A stretch of 63,667 nucleotides of DNA, counting the filler, from Rhabdomonas costata (taxonomy: Eukaryota), in the NCBI GenBank assembly GCA_019059605.1. It is 34 parts of 34 records of this genome, joined end to end, with 100 filler letters (N's around TTAATTAATTAA, not from the genome) between each part and the next. Parts side by side here need not be neighbours in the genome. Positions count along the whole stretch, not along the records: positions 50,645 to 52,419 come from JAHMHO010009241.1; positions 52,520 to 54,293 come from JAHMHO010009242.1; positions 54,394 to 56,168 come from JAHMHO010009243.1; positions 56,269 to 58,043 come from JAHMHO010009244.1; positions 58,144 to 59,918 come from JAHMHO010009245.1; positions 60,019 to 61,793 come from JAHMHO010009246.1; positions 61,894 to 63,667 come from JAHMHO010009247.1; 27 more parts are not named here. One strand, written 5' to 3'. Numbering within the stretch: the stretch's first letter is position 1; every line of letters begins with the position of its first letter. Shown piece after piece: positions 50,901 through 63,667 of the stretch. A program made the translations under genes and the position numbers. The notes under the pieces are model-generated. The model saw only the letters and a program-made list of their open reading frames with translations. It ran no database searches and had not been told where the DNA came from.

Positions 50901-53269
50901 CATGGCTGCGCAGCGGACCACCACTCCCCTGGGGGAGCCTTGCAACCAACGGATTGCAAGGTGAAACCTGAGAGGCTCCTTCATGCCCACTGGGGCTCCC
51001 CACCAGTCGGAGAGAGGAGAAAATTGTATTTTCCGGCTCCCTTTGCATAAAGTGCCAGCCATTTGAGCACTACGGCGTGCCAAGCAGTATTGTACATTGA
51101 GCATGGAAAATGTTTTGTTGTTTTTCTCTGAAAGAGGCCGGTGTTCTGGGAAAGGATTCGACTATGCAGTTCGAGTTCCATTCGGGTGGTTGGTCATCAT
51201 ATAATTCACGATGGTAATTGGTAAGCCAACAAAACTTAAATGACGACGGTGTCGGTGCGGTCTCGTGTCGTAGGCACTACTCCAGCGATATTACCCGGAA
51301 GGCTTGTAGAGAGAGAGAGGAGAGGAGAGGAGCCCTACCGAAGCACATGAAGGAAAAATGGAAGGCAGTGTGGGATCGAGTGAGACAGGAGTGGGGCTGC
51401 GGGGAGTGTGTCCCAGCAGAGCAATGGGGGAAGAGGATTCCCCTCCGGCAAGAGCCCGAGCAAGAGCTCGGCGGGCCACAGACGCCCCCGTCAACTCGGG
51501 ATGTACCGCCACAGAGCTGGAGGATCGACGAAGCCGGTGCATCCCGTACTGCAGCGAATGAAGAGAGCGGTGAAAACTAGGACATCGGGTTACAGTGGGC
51601 CGACCGAAATAGATGCTGCCAGGTTGCAAGTAGTAGCACATTTCAGTGTGGTCACACAGAGACAACGATGCAAAACAGATGGCATATTATTACGAAAGGT
51701 AAGAGGTCTTCGAAAAATGTGAAAAGAATGACGTAAGACACGAGGCATGTCCAGAAACAAGAAGTCCATACGAACAACATAATATGGTGATGGTTGTTCC
51801 ATTCCGATGTCCCTCCAAAACACGCGCTTCAGAACGCGGTGTGCGTTCTTCATTCCAAACTCGTTTAGAAGAAGCCAATGACACCGCTTAAGAATATAGT
51901 CGGACTTGCAGAACTTGCTTCCTGAACAGAAACTTCATATCTAAACTTGACGATGGGAGGATATATCGAACAACAGGCCAGCAAGCAATCACCTGCGTAT
52001 ACCCAGAATCGTGGAGGCATAGTTGGGACACGTCACATCACTAAAGGGTAAGGTTGTCAGATGAGAGTGCCCCGCCTACCTGCATCAGTGCGACGTTCGG
52101 AAGTCGGGGGCGAGGCAAGGTCCACGAGCCGGTCCTTGCTGGGGCCAGAGGGGATTCACCCCACTCAGCCTACCAGACAACACCGGGAGTTGGGAGAAAA
52201 CGTTAAAGACTAATCTCCTGGGCGATTCAATTCACCGAAATCGAAACAAAAACTGATAGCAACAAGGAACAAGGAAGTGAATCGTCATAACAGACCACCA
52301 CATCGCTCCTCAACAAATGCACGAAACACAAGAGCAGCTGACTGAAGCGGTAAAAGAGGAGGAATGGTGGTTGAGCAAAGCAAAGACGGTTCCACACACC
52401 ACACCCGAGTCCCCAACACNNNNNNNNNNNNNNNNNNNNNNNNNNNNNNNNNNNNNNNNNNNNTTAATTAATTAANNNNNNNNNNNNNNNNNNNNNNNNN
52501 NNNNNNNNNNNNNNNNNNNATCGGGTTAAGAGCCTCCGCAGCTCCGCGGAGATTTTGGTTCCACTTTGGTGAGCCTTGACATAAAGCAGAAACTTTTTGC
52601 TTTTTAAATACCTGGTGGCAGCGGAGGGGACGAATGCTTCCTAAGCAGCCAGAGGAAAAATGTGAAGATCCCTTTTCTTGCTTCCTTTTGCGCAATTGCA
52701 GAGAATCATGTCCCACGTCTTGTCCACTTGAGTACACCGTCGTCTCGCTCCATCAACCTTCCCCTCTCTGCCCCGCCTTCTCAGCTTTTTGGGAGGCATC
52801 ACTCGGAACCTCCCGTTTTCTGGATTCTCCCCGCTGTCCAACTGTTTTTGGCACATGCTGTGCCCTCGAGGTTGTAATGCGCACTCTGTACCTCGTTGCG
52901 GTGTCGACTCTTGGGTCTTTTCGAGCACTTGATCTGCCTGGAGCTGATCTACAATGCCTTGGTGACCTCCTGGGCACACCTCTGTGTATAGAGCTTTAGC
53001 TCAACACCTCCCCCCACCCACCCACGCACACGCACATGGGCATTTTTGATAAGTTCTGTTTGGCTTTGGTCCTGCCTTTGCTTCTTGGAAAGCAGAGTGC
53101 TGCGTTCGTATTGGCACGAAAAGAGTTCGTGACCGCGCAGAAAAACAGAAAAAAAACTTGCTGATTCCACAACACGGCATCACCACTTTCCCACAGTGCG
53201 TAAGCAAACCAACCACGTTGAGCACCACAGCACAATGAAGGAAAGTTTTCGAAAGCTCCCGCCGTCGCC

Positions 53270-54293
53270 TCATGGGCTTTTGGCGTCTTCCGCTCGGTCT
53301 GCTTCAGATGCCTCGGGGTGTCTTTGGCACCGCGAGGTCAGCGTGCGCTCGGCGGGTATGATCTCCGCCAGGCGGGCGGCAAAGCGGGAGAAGGGACACA
53401 GCGTGGCCGCCACGGCGGGGCTGACCCCCTCCAGTGAGGCTCCACCCCCACCCCGGCAAAAGGGGAGCGCCACAGGATCGCCGCAGTACAGAACCCGAAC
53501 AAAGATTCCCTGAATCATAAAGCAAGAGACTACCTCGCGAACCCCTCCCCAAAAGACCGAAGTCCAAGCACGGAGACTCAAAAACGTTGCCAAGGCCTGA
53601 AATCGAGCTATTCCAGACGGACGTGCCATTTTAAACAATGACCAAAATGGAGTGGCTCGGCCCTGCTCTGCAGCATCGCAATGAGCAATACAGAGGTTAT
53701 TGCTAAAAAAAGTAGGGTTACAAAAAGTAGATTCAGTTTCGGAAGAGGCGGCAAACCTGGACCCGGACCCCCGCCAGAGGCATGCTCCACTCTAAGCATG
53801 GAAGCTCATAAGAGACCATAAGAGGAACCTAGAACCAACGATACTGAATGTAAAAGGCGGATGGTGAGGGTGAAGGCAACCCTGCTCGGCCGTGACAACA
53901 GTCATATGTGCATAGGGAGAGATAAGCGCGTTGGCTGATCTCATTGGGGTGGGAGAGAGCAGTGTGCCACCTTCCTTCATAAAACGGCACAAAACCCGCG
54001 CTTCTTCCAAAACGAAAACCTCTGTGTCATTTCCCAACTGCTGAGCCTGCGCCTGTCGGGCAGCAGCGGCGGTGTCCTGGAGAAGCTCCAGGGTCAGTGT
54101 AGCGCCGTAGGGGGGCCACCGCCCTTGCAGCGCCCCCAGCCCCCCAAGGGCGCACAGCAGGGGCCCCACCGTCATGTCATGGGCGCTGTACTGCACCAGC
54201 CGGGGGACCGCAACCCCACACCGCCACCTCTCCCGACGGTCCCAAGCCCACATCCCGCAGAGAGGCAGTCCTCGAGCCACCGCAGAATGTCCC
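53270..54293 (-). CDS. Histidine acid phosphatase (branch 2), 3' part
   Basis: Exons 54020-54293 and 53270-53509: RLVQYSAHDMTVGPLLCALG..WPPYGATLTLEL (HD motif), then FVRVLYCGDPVALPFC..LCPFSRF. Confidence 0.9.
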
Positions 54294-54529
54294 NNNNNNN
54301 NNNNNNNNNNNNNNNNNNNNNNNNNNNNNNNNNNNNNTTAATTAATTAANNNNNNNNNNNNNNNNNNNNNNNNNNNNNNNNNNNNNNNNNNNNTGGTGGG
54401 ACAGAAGGCTCCCCTACCTTCGATGTGCTGCTGTCCTTCCCAAAGTCAACCAAAATACATTTGCGGTTCCACGAGATCTCAATTGGTGTGCACCAACGAG
54501 AAGAGAGGAGGATGGAGATAAGCGCACAC

Positions 54530-54869
54530 TTTTTAAGGATCGCATCTCCTCCATCGCTCTCTCCGTGTCGAAGGACTTCAGGGCGAACAGCAGCACATCG
54601 AAGGTAGGGGAGCCTTCTGTCCCCCCGCGCACCGCTTCTTCCAAAGAGGTAAACAGCTTCACTCGAGATGCGTCCAAATGAATGGGGGAACCCAACTCCC
54701 CTGCATACACCCCAAAGTCCAGGGTCAAGCCCTTGCTGCGAAGCTCTTCCGCTGCGCTGGGCATCTCCAGAAACCCTACGGAGTACCCGCAGTGGGCCAA
54801 AGAGACCCCGATATAAGTTCCAATGGCCCCGGCTCCGTAGCACAATACCCTCAGGGACTTCGTCTGCAT
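54530..54869 (-). CDS. panE: 2-dehydropantoate 2-reductase (ketopantoate reductase), first exon
   Basis: MQTKSLRVLCYGAGAIGTYIGVSLAHCG (GxGxxG)..FDVLLFALKSFDTERA (D....VKS.DT motif), ending at a GTGTGC donor. Confidence 0.85.
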
Positions 54870-56708
54870 TTGTCAAAAAGAAAAATGAAGGATAAAGACC
54901 GGTCCCTGTAAAAAGCGGACAAACAATGATCTGGTGTATTTTTTATTGCGATCGGAAATAGGCACAACAAAAAAAACAACTTATGCACTGTCCCAGTCAC
55001 CCAAACCAAGAGAGAGAACGGGGATGCGACGGTCCAAACCGATCTTCCAAAAAAAAAAAAACGAATCCCCCTATTAAAAAAAGGCGACAAATTCCTCACG
55101 GAAACCAAAGAAGACACCAGGCTGGCTGGTGCTGTACGGACCTTGCAACAATTCCGTTCACAAATAGCAGAGATGTCAGATCAAAAACTGTCTAAATGAT
55201 TTGAATTTCTTTCTGGGAAAAAGTTGCGGCCCAAGGCCCTCAAAAAACCACACCCGCCACAACCAATTAGGTTTGTTTTTGCGTTCGCTCACGTTTTTAC
55301 AAACGCAACGAGACTGAAAGCCATGGATAGCGAGTGAGTGGGGAGTTTTTCCAAAAAAAAAAAGCGCATGGCCTCAGCTTTGTCGAAGGTAGTTCACTTG
55401 AGGACAGCTTTAGGTGGATAGCTGGGTCAAGGTTCCCTGCAAACGCGAGCCCCATAACGCAGCGACAGCAACCCAGCAGTGCCACGGATGAAAACTCTGA
55501 AAAGAGGACTTTGGGATGGAAGGAATCTGGGAACAACACGTTGCACTCCTCCGCTCGCGTGACAAATAACGCTCACAGAGATTGTCACCATTGGGTGCAG
55601 TGAACAGGGATGGGGGGACGGACCGCCGCATGGAGCTCAGCGCCGTCAGCAGAGGGGAATGCCGCCGAAGAAAAAGGCATCGCATCCCTCCCATGCGAGA
55701 ATACGAGAATAAGCAGTACAGAAACACTTTGTGAGGGCTCCACTGGGTGCCGGAGGGTGGAGAGTGCTCATTTCACCAGTCCGGCCCAGAACCAGAATCT
55801 TCCATGGCTGGGTGCCCACAAGTGGGTGTGGATTTCGACCGAGAGGGCTGGCGGATATGAATGAAGGCCCACCTTGCGCCGTGCCTGAGACGAACAGCTT
55901 GATGAAAATGGTCAAAACGCTTCGCGCTGTCCGTGTCACATTCAAAAGTTGGTGAACACCTTTCCCTGTGGGAGCAGTCACAAAATAGAACCATTCCAAC
56001 TCAAGGAGTATGAAGCACCACAAAAATGAAAACAAACGCATTAGGCACATGATAGGCACCTCCCTAAAATATCACAACAACCCCCCGATGAGCACTCTCA
56101 GCAAAAAGAGTGCCTCGATTGGGGGGGGGGGCAATGAGATCCACAAAAACCCCAACCACACCCAACACNNNNNNNNNNNNNNNNNNNNNNNNNNNNNNNN
56201 NNNNNNNNNNNNTTAATTAATTAANNNNNNNNNNNNNNNNNNNNNNNNNNNNNNNNNNNNNNNNNNNNGGGTGGGGTGTTGCCCTGGCTGAGGAGCGAAG
56301 AGGAATAGAGGTGCCGTTTCTCGGTCGCCTGGCACGCCTTCTCTATGTAGGTTTTCTATGTGCATTCTGTATGCGATTGTGGGTTGTGGGCTGTGCGGCA
56401 CCGGTTTTTGGTGCGGGGCATCAGGTCGCTGAAACTCAACTTCATATGCGAAGATATATGCCCAGAACGGCATCCCACGTACTTATCTCACCCCTTGTAT
56501 TCAGCTGCGGTTCGAGCTGGCAAGCGACGGATATCTACTGTCGCAAACGTTTCACTGCTCCGAAGTCTTCGCTACCAACTCAAACCGACGGACGCACCCG
56601 TGAGTACGACTCCCCAGCAAACACGACCGAAAGATACAAGCATCCGCCGAGCGGCAGATGGGTCTGTCACCATAACCCAAACAAAACCAACCCCGCCTGG
56701 GAAAGCAC

Positions 56709-57467
56709 CTCCAAGGGGAAAATCTCAGAGATGGTGAGGTAGGCAGCGGAGGCCGAGGCCGAGGCCACGAAGAAAATCGCCGACCAGCACAGAGTCTGAG
56801 TCACCGCCGTCAACCTTTCGGCCAGGAAGAGCGCCCCCGTGGCGGACAGTAGAATGGCAGAGAGGAGGTAGGTCGTCACAATCATCGGTTTCCGACCGAT
56901 CTGAGGCGACAACCCGAATCCCGTTCACTTCAGCCCAAACTTGCTGGGCGGGCTGGGGAGGGGGGGGGGGTCTGCACCCGTGGAGCATGCGTGTAGTGCC
57001 CCATGGAACCCGAGGATTGGCAGTAGATCGTAGTAAATGTCGTGAATATTGGTTCGAGCTGATTTCGGGGCTGACGCACAAACAATCACAGAGACACGCC
57101 CAGGAGGCATGTTCAACCCACCAACTCTGCGCAGGCCCACCTTGTCAAACAGGGTGCCCAGCAGTGCGCAGCCCAGGAAGTTCGTGGCACAGAACGGGAT
57201 CATGTACAGCCCAGTTCGGGCCGGGGGGACGCCGTAGAAGGTCTTAAGGACCAACCCATAGGTGAAGAACAGGGCGTTGTAGAAGAAGCTCTGCGCCACC
57301 ATCAGCGCCAGACCCAGCACGCTGCGGCTGCGGAAGCCCGTCAACATGTGCCCGACCATCTCCCACGGGCTCACCCGCACCCCAACCCGAAGGGTAACGG
57401 TGTACTCGGGCTCTTCCAGCGGGGTGACCAAGTAGGCCTCCACCCGGGACTCGATCTCCGAGGTGAC
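56709..57467 (-). CDS. MFS transporter, two internal exons
   Basis: Phase-0 exons 57141-57467 and 56709-56900: RSVLGLALMVAQSFFYNALFFTYGLVL..LLGTLFDK|IGRKPMI (motif A)..SAAYLTISEIFPLE. Confidence 0.92.
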
Positions 57468-58143
57468 CTTGCGGAGAGTTGGCAGCCCACAATGGCTTTG
57501 CTTATTCGTCCCCACAGATCTTTGGGCTGGTTGTCACGGCTCTTCTGAACAGCTGTTTCGTCGACCTCGGGAGTTCTCAGAATCTCGCTGCATGTTTCTT
57601 TTCCACTTTCTATGTATGCGGCCAACCCTCAGGCCGCCCCTACTGCACTCTGAGCGCCTGCGGACGTCCCTTAGGAGGGTGGGATCTGTCTTTTTTCACG
57701 GGCAACCTCGGTTTCCGAAACAACTTGCTATGTAACCAAAACAAAACTGACCGTTGTCGACCTTTTTTAAAGACAGCCAGCTCACACCATTCAGGAGCTA
57801 AAACCTTTCTTGGTAAACCCGAAACGCCCAGACCTCTGAAAATTTATTACAATTGACAAGACTGATAAAAAACGTAAACAGATCCTAAAAAGGTAAATAA
57901 TTCTCCATCGTTGTCCCCTCGTGGGTCAATGTTGGGGCAAAAACTGCGCACATACAGTAGATTATTGACCTTTTGGGGGAATATGGGGGCTAACTTAAAG
58001 ACGCAGATGCTAATTAAGTTAGCCCCCATATTCCCCCACAACANNNNNNNNNNNNNNNNNNNNNNNNNNNNNNNNNNNNNNNNNNNNTTAATTAATTAAN
58101 NNNNNNNNNNNNNNNNNNNNNNNNNNNNNNNNNNNNNNNNNNN

Positions 58144-58706
58144 GGTGGGTGTTCACTCGCGTGAGGAAACTTCGCGATTTCAATACTATCGGTGATATCC
58201 AGCGCAGCTGCGAAAAGGGGACGAATTCATCGCTCGCACTGAGCGGGAATAAATTGTTCTGCCGTTCACTCACCCTGGAAGCAAGAGATATCAAAACAGG
58301 CTGATGCACGAGGGGCTTGCCCGTCTGTGAACAGGTACGGTACCCAGATTTTTTCATCACAATGACATGAAATCCGGAGTAGCTTGACATCAAGGAGAAG
58401 CTTTACCCAGGTCAATCGGCAGATGACAGACCAGACATCGTCTCGCGCATTTTTCGCGACAAGGCGCTGCAACTCCTCACGGACATGAAAGATGGAACAA
58501 CATTTGGAGCTCAATCTGCCTATTACACAGGAGTTAACGAGTTCCAGAATTCACGCTAACCACAAATTCACGTTGCTGTAGAAAGAACAGAAAACCAGCC
58601 CGCTGAGTTTGTTGACGCGGACATGTCTGCTCAGATGTCAGAGAAAGAAGATGCGCAGCTGGTGAGAAGTTACATGGTTCACAGCTGCAAACTTCGCCAC
58701 TGCTAG
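58144..58706 (+). mobile_element. Helitron Rep (HUH) domain pseudogene
   Basis: YPDFFITMT*NPE*LDI..PGQSADDRPDIVSRIF..TFG..EFQNSR*PQIHV..LVRSYMVH matches the Helitron PDLFITFTCNPKW..DRPDIVARVF..EFQKRGLPHAH. Upstream frameshifted PFTHPGSKRY. In-frame stops. Confidence 0.88.
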
Positions 58707-61700
58707 ATTGGCAGCACGTGCAGCGCTCTGCCTATCCAGTCAGTTCGGACCTCCACATGGTTTGACAGCACTGGCTAACCACTTTACACGCGTGGATTTG
58801 CTGAAAGGTTTGCGCAAGTTTGACTGCGACGTCAATGTCGAGTACGCAGCTGGTGCCAACGGTTCCGATGGGAAAACTGGTTGGTGCTGTCGCGGTGTCG
58901 AACGCGGGCTGATCCCACGGTTTGGGACGTGGAACCCTGTCCAAATGCTCGATGGTACGCTAAAGAAGCACCTGTCCTTCAATCTGGATCAGTTCTCCAC
59001 CCCAGGTGCTGTCCACACGTCCTTTTCGAAACCAACCCCACGGAACCCCAACGGCATCTCCAAATCCTAAACCCCTGCTCCTTCCTGGCATTCTGGTGGC
59101 ACTGCTGGCACCTGTGGCAGCGAGTAACGACGAACATCCGAAACACCACGGTCTGCAGGTACGAGATAACTCGTATTGTCTGGCTCCTTCGTCTGGCTTG
59201 TCCAGCCCTAACGCCCATGATGCGCCCCACCACTAACGCTTTCCACTGCATTTTTGGTCTCTGTTCCACAAGCCAGAAAACTGCAACGGGCACGTCCTAC
59301 TACTTCAACCTGCATGCCCGAGACTTACCTCATGCCCCCTACGCCCGGTTTGCCAAATTTCCTGCCCCTCACGCCACCCACGAACCTGACATATTCTGGT
59401 TTGCACCGAACAACTGGCTCTTCTTCTTCCCTTCGTGGAAGGCCTACATTTCTAAAGACCTACTTCATCCCCTCGACTCCACAATTCCTGTGGTGGATTC
59501 GACTCGCGCTCGCTGTCTACTCCAAGCTAGCCGCTAACGCACCTGTCACCCAAACGGACAGCAACCGCTTGTCCATTCCACACTGTGTCCCCACACTGCT
59601 TAGATCGGACTGCAACATGACAACCCAATTTCCAGACCGGAACACAACTTGCCTGCATCCTCACCGTGTGGCTTGAGTCCATGCCTGGCCTGTGCCTTGG
59701 TGGCCGTAGTGCAGGGCTGGCGGGTTTTTATGGTTCTCGTTTCGTGGGGCTCTACTTCCTGCACTGGGCACTTGTTCATCCTCGCTCCCTTTTACGACTT
59801 TGTGGGCTTTATCTCGGCAAAGCCGCAACCGCCTGCAGCACGCGCTCCAAGGGAATGGGCGCGGCCGCGGTGGTCAGCGTTGGGCGTCCCGCAACGCCGA
59901 TATTTCTCAGGGAGCTCCNNNNNNNNNNNNNNNNNNNNNNNNNNNNNNNNNNNNNNNNNNNNTTAATTAATTAANNNNNNNNNNNNNNNNNNNNNNNNNN
60001 NNNNNNNNNNNNNNNNNNGTGGGGGGTGTGATAGTGGAAACGGGAGACCAAAAGACCAGACCGTCCCCCGAGCTTTCCTGCCACATTCCGGTGAGCACGT
60101 CTTATTCTGCCACATTGATGTGTAATGTGTAGTGGTGGATCGTGGGCAGTTCCATATTCCTCAGCCGCCCGAGATGATGCACATCGGTCGGCACACCACA
60201 TCGCTTCCCATGGTGTCCCATTGGTTTTGTAATGAGGGTGGGGGATGTTGCGAGGGATCCTTCCAATTTTCCCAGGCCTTTTCTGACTCTTCTCTTCTCT
60301 TCCATACCACTTGCGCATTGCGTTATTGTGACAGTAAAGCTCGGGGGACGGTCTGGTCTTTTGGTCTCCCGTTTCCACTATCACACCGCAGCCAGCCGTA
60401 GCGGAACACTGTCTGGGACGTCTGGCAGGCTGTTTGCAGACGGCGGCCAATCCTTTCACCCACCTTTCTGCCAGACTGCCTCGAAATAGCAGCATTCTTA
60501 TAAAATGCCAACGATGCCTGCACCAAAAGCTGCAGCATCCAGGGGTTGACTTTCGACCATCTGATTTTTCTTGATACGAATCACGCCCGACACCTCCGAC
60601 ACCTCGGATTAATCTGACAGCAGCGCAACACGCCAAACGCGCACACGAAGTCCTTTGTCATCGGTCAGTTCTCAGTACTTACGATGCAACCGACGCCACA
60701 GCTGCCACCACAGCACCCCACGTGCAACCGTGCGCCTTAAAAAATGCTCTGCATAAAGGAATCAAAGAGCAGGGATCGTTCTCACACCATGAAGGTTCAC
60801 CGAGAGTGTTGAGAGAGGTAGCGACAAGGAGTGACGGGGGGTAGGAGAAAAAGGCGCACCGCGGCACGGCGGTGCGGGTCGCCGTGCTGCTGGGGGCGCT
60901 TGCTCAGCGCACAGCTCAGCTTCAACAAGGGACACCCACTCCCTGCCACTGCCAACTCCACGGATCACCCAAACTTGTTTGTCCCGCAAGTCTCGCAAGA
61001 GCGATCCGCAGCGGAATTGATGGATTAATGGAAGAGATGGAAGAATGGATGAGACATCGTAAACACCGAACATTTTAAAATGCACCCTTCAACAGTCCCA
61101 CCCGCATCCGCCACGAAGTGGGCATTCCGCCTGCCAGGAGACAGACAAGCAATGGCATCAGCGTGTTGTGGGTGTACGTGTGTGTATGAGGCGCGCGACG
61201 GCGATGGTGTGGCACAATTCGACAGTGTAAATGTATGAGACAAATTCGGGGGAGGGGCACAGGAGATTACCGACTATGTGAAAATGGCACTGCACGAAGG
61301 AGCCAAAAAATCCACTTGGGCAAACAAAAAATCCTTCTCTTCTAAATGTCGCTCGCAAAGAGCAGACAACAACGGGGAAGGAGAGAGTAAGCTGAGTAAG
61401 CTTTTGCTTCAGCACTGAGCCATGAGGTGCATGGTTTGCTGCTTTCCGTTTTGTGTTGCACTTCAGCCGAGTTTGGAAGAAAGCAAACGACAAAACCAGG
61501 ACATGCTTGGATGGAATTCATGGTTGTGCTTAACTTGAAAGGTGAGAAGGCGTGAAACGCGACATGCATGGGGAGGGGCACAGAAGAACACACACCTGCA
61601 AGCGCAAAGCAAAACAAAGGCAAAAACAGCAGCACCAGCATCAATGAAGGCACACGCACATGGTGCATACCAAACCAAATGTGGTTTTGCATGCGATACC

Positions 61701-63393
61701 CCTCTTGGTTCGCGTCAAATTCTCTCCTACGCCGGAACACTCCTGCTCGCTCGCTCAGCACCCCGTAAAATACCAAATCCCAAGTCCACCCCCNNNNNNN
61801 NNNNNNNNNNNNNNNNNNNNNNNNNNNNNNNNNNNNNTTAATTAATTAANNNNNNNNNNNNNNNNNNNNNNNNNNNNNNNNNNNNNNNNNNNNGGGTGTG
61901 TTTGTTTTGTGTGTGCATAGCATACCATGAGTTGCACAATTAGTTTCCATCTTGCTTTTTCATTCAGAGAAGAGGCTGACACAAGGGTTGATTTCGAACT
62001 GGTTTGGGACCCAATGGTAATGCCAATGGGCATTTGTCTCTGACCATTGCTATCATAATTCTTCGTGCGTTTTCGTTTAGGAAAACTGAATTTTCGGAGA
62101 TGCCTACAAACAGTCAATAGACCTCACCGATGCTGATTGAAAATGAAACAGCGCGGCAAGTCCATCGCGGTCTGCTCCGCTTGGAAAACAATCCAAACTG
62201 AGCTACGGGCCAAAACGAAACGCCTGAAGCCCAGTTGCACCGCAACTTCCTGCTCTGCGCCGCCGCCTCCACGGGGATTTCTACCTTTTGCCCCACCAGC
62301 CCATTTATTCAACTTAACGTTACCCCATAAGTGCCACGTCACCCCAAAACCTCCAAGCTGCTGATCACAGTGAAAAGACTGAAGGGAACTGTTTTTGCGC
62401 TGGGAATCGGCGAGCTGTTCAGTTTCAAAAGAGCGTTTGTGAAAATGTCAGCAGTAACACACAGCGTGCCAGCTAGATACACGGACACACAGAGCAGCTC
62501 TTGTATGCCCCATCGGGTGGCACAAATGACAGTTGGCGATATAAAAGCGAGAGAGAGATTCACACATGCTCACGAACACGCATCACGAAACAGCTGCAAA
62601 CTGAGGACGAAACTGAGACACTGAGGACAACGTCAGGTGCACTGCCCTCGAAACTTGACCGCGACAAATAGCACAACCAGACATCCTTCCCAACACCAGA
62701 CCACAGAAAACCAGCTCCCCATGTGGGACTCAAGCCAAGTGACTCAGTGCTGTTCTTCTGTCCTTTCTTTTATTTCAGCTGCACCAAAATCATACATGCA
62801 CAAACACACGGCGAGTCACAAAAGCATATGGGCTCGACCTCGTCCCAAACCGTCAAAGCCAACCGCCCATGAGGATTGAAACCGCAAGCATTGCAACCAA
62901 AGCAATTAACCAAACCTGCATCGCTTCATCTGCATTTAGCCCACCTCATGATTCCACGTTGTACGTGGCGGTGGGGAGTGGGGATTCCCCTCCCTAGGCC
63001 TTCAGCTTAAAGTTGGGCAGAGTTGCTTGTCCGCGAGGGGGAGTGGTTGTCTTCGATTGGATTGAAACGGGTATTTGCATTTCCGAAACTCGAAAACTCT
63101 TTGGATGGGGTGGAGTTATGCGCTTCTCCAAAAGAACACTTATGATCAAAAGTTTCGGTTATATCAAAGTGAAAGCAGGGGGTTATATCATACAATGGGA
63201 TGTTCAGCAAGCTGGAGTCCTCCTCTTGTGATATTACTACAACTTTGGGCGGTCAGTTTTAACATCGATCTCGACCCACAGAAGTAGAGGGAGCGCTTCT
63301 TTTGAAGCATACGAAGATTGGAGGTGCATGGAGAGGGGGCACTGGAGGAATGGGAATGCATCCCGCGGCCTCAGCAAAAACACGGGACTATTT

Positions 63394-63625
63394 TCAGTTC
63401 AGGGAGGACGCCACAGCGAAGAAGACCAGAATTACGATGAGAAACCCCCCGAAGATGAAAGTCGCGAGGAACCGGTCGACAAGCACCCATAAAGGGGGCC
63501 ACGGCTTGGTCACCGGCACCGCGGTGGTGGAGCCGACCGTCACGGTCACGGCATCACCGGCCTTGGGCGGGCTGAAAAGACATGAGTGCATGGACTCGGC
63601 TTTTCCCACTATCTTGATGCACGGT
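63394..63625 (-). CDS. Terminal exon ending in one transmembrane helix
   Basis: ..WPPLWVLVDRFLATFIFGGFLIVILVFFAVASSLN-TGA with GC-rich codons. Confidence 0.5.
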
Positions 63626-63667
63626 GACTGATGTCTGATGTGTTAATACATTCAGCAAGCCAAAACC

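Noticed and set aside
54200-54293. Apparent frameshift upstream of the phosphatase HD motif (DILRWLEDC frame versus RLVQYSAHD frame)
   Set aside because: G/C-run-rich sequence near a contig end; a sequencing or amplification indel is more likely than programmed frameshifting.
54398-54623. 37-bp inverted copy of panE exon sequence
   Set aside because: Located at the contig start; fold-back artefact rather than an antisense element.
57974-58038. 25-bp perfect stem with 15-nt loop (terminator, MITE or Helitron hairpin)
   Set aside because: At the contig end like the other fold-backs, and separated from the Helitron contig by a linker.
58368-58560. Stops within Helitron Rep as evidence of a variant genetic code
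   Set aside because: Three different stops replace three different residues, each by a single substitution, alongside frameshifts. This is ordinary decay.
60025-60387. 52-bp inverted repeats about 260 bp apart (MITE-like)
   Set aside because: The left arm begins at the contig edge, so no target-site duplication can be seen. It matches the chimera pattern of other contigs.

Overview
This is not one locus. It is 34 unrelated contigs of about 1.76-1.79 kb joined by 33 artificial linkers (44 N + TTAATTAATTAA + 44 N), so nothing can be inferred from adjacency across linkers. Most contigs begin with G/T-only and end with C/A-only bases, and several have fold-back duplications at their ends, which suggests a whole-genome-amplified (probably single-cell) library. 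Most contigs are from an intron-rich eukaryote with GC-rich exons and GT-AG introns whose donors are mostly GTG/GTY rather than GTA, a euglenid-like pattern (inference). Recognisable gene pieces: Bax inhibitor-1/Lifeguard, PIF1 helicase, SGNH/PC-esterase, NACHT NTPase, ankyrin, USP9/24/34-like deubiquitinase, F-box, RCC1, histidine acid phosphatase, ketopantoate reductase and a bacterial-type MFS transporter, plus decayed Helitron, non-LTR and DIRS-like elements. The outstanding item is contig 9391-11167: about 80% AT, intronless, encoding a VP39-type cap 2'-O-methyltransferase directly followed by an F-box-like/FNIP-repeat protein. That is a giant-virus (Mimiviridae-like) signature inside a protist dataset. 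All assignments are from motif recognition by eye; no searches were run.
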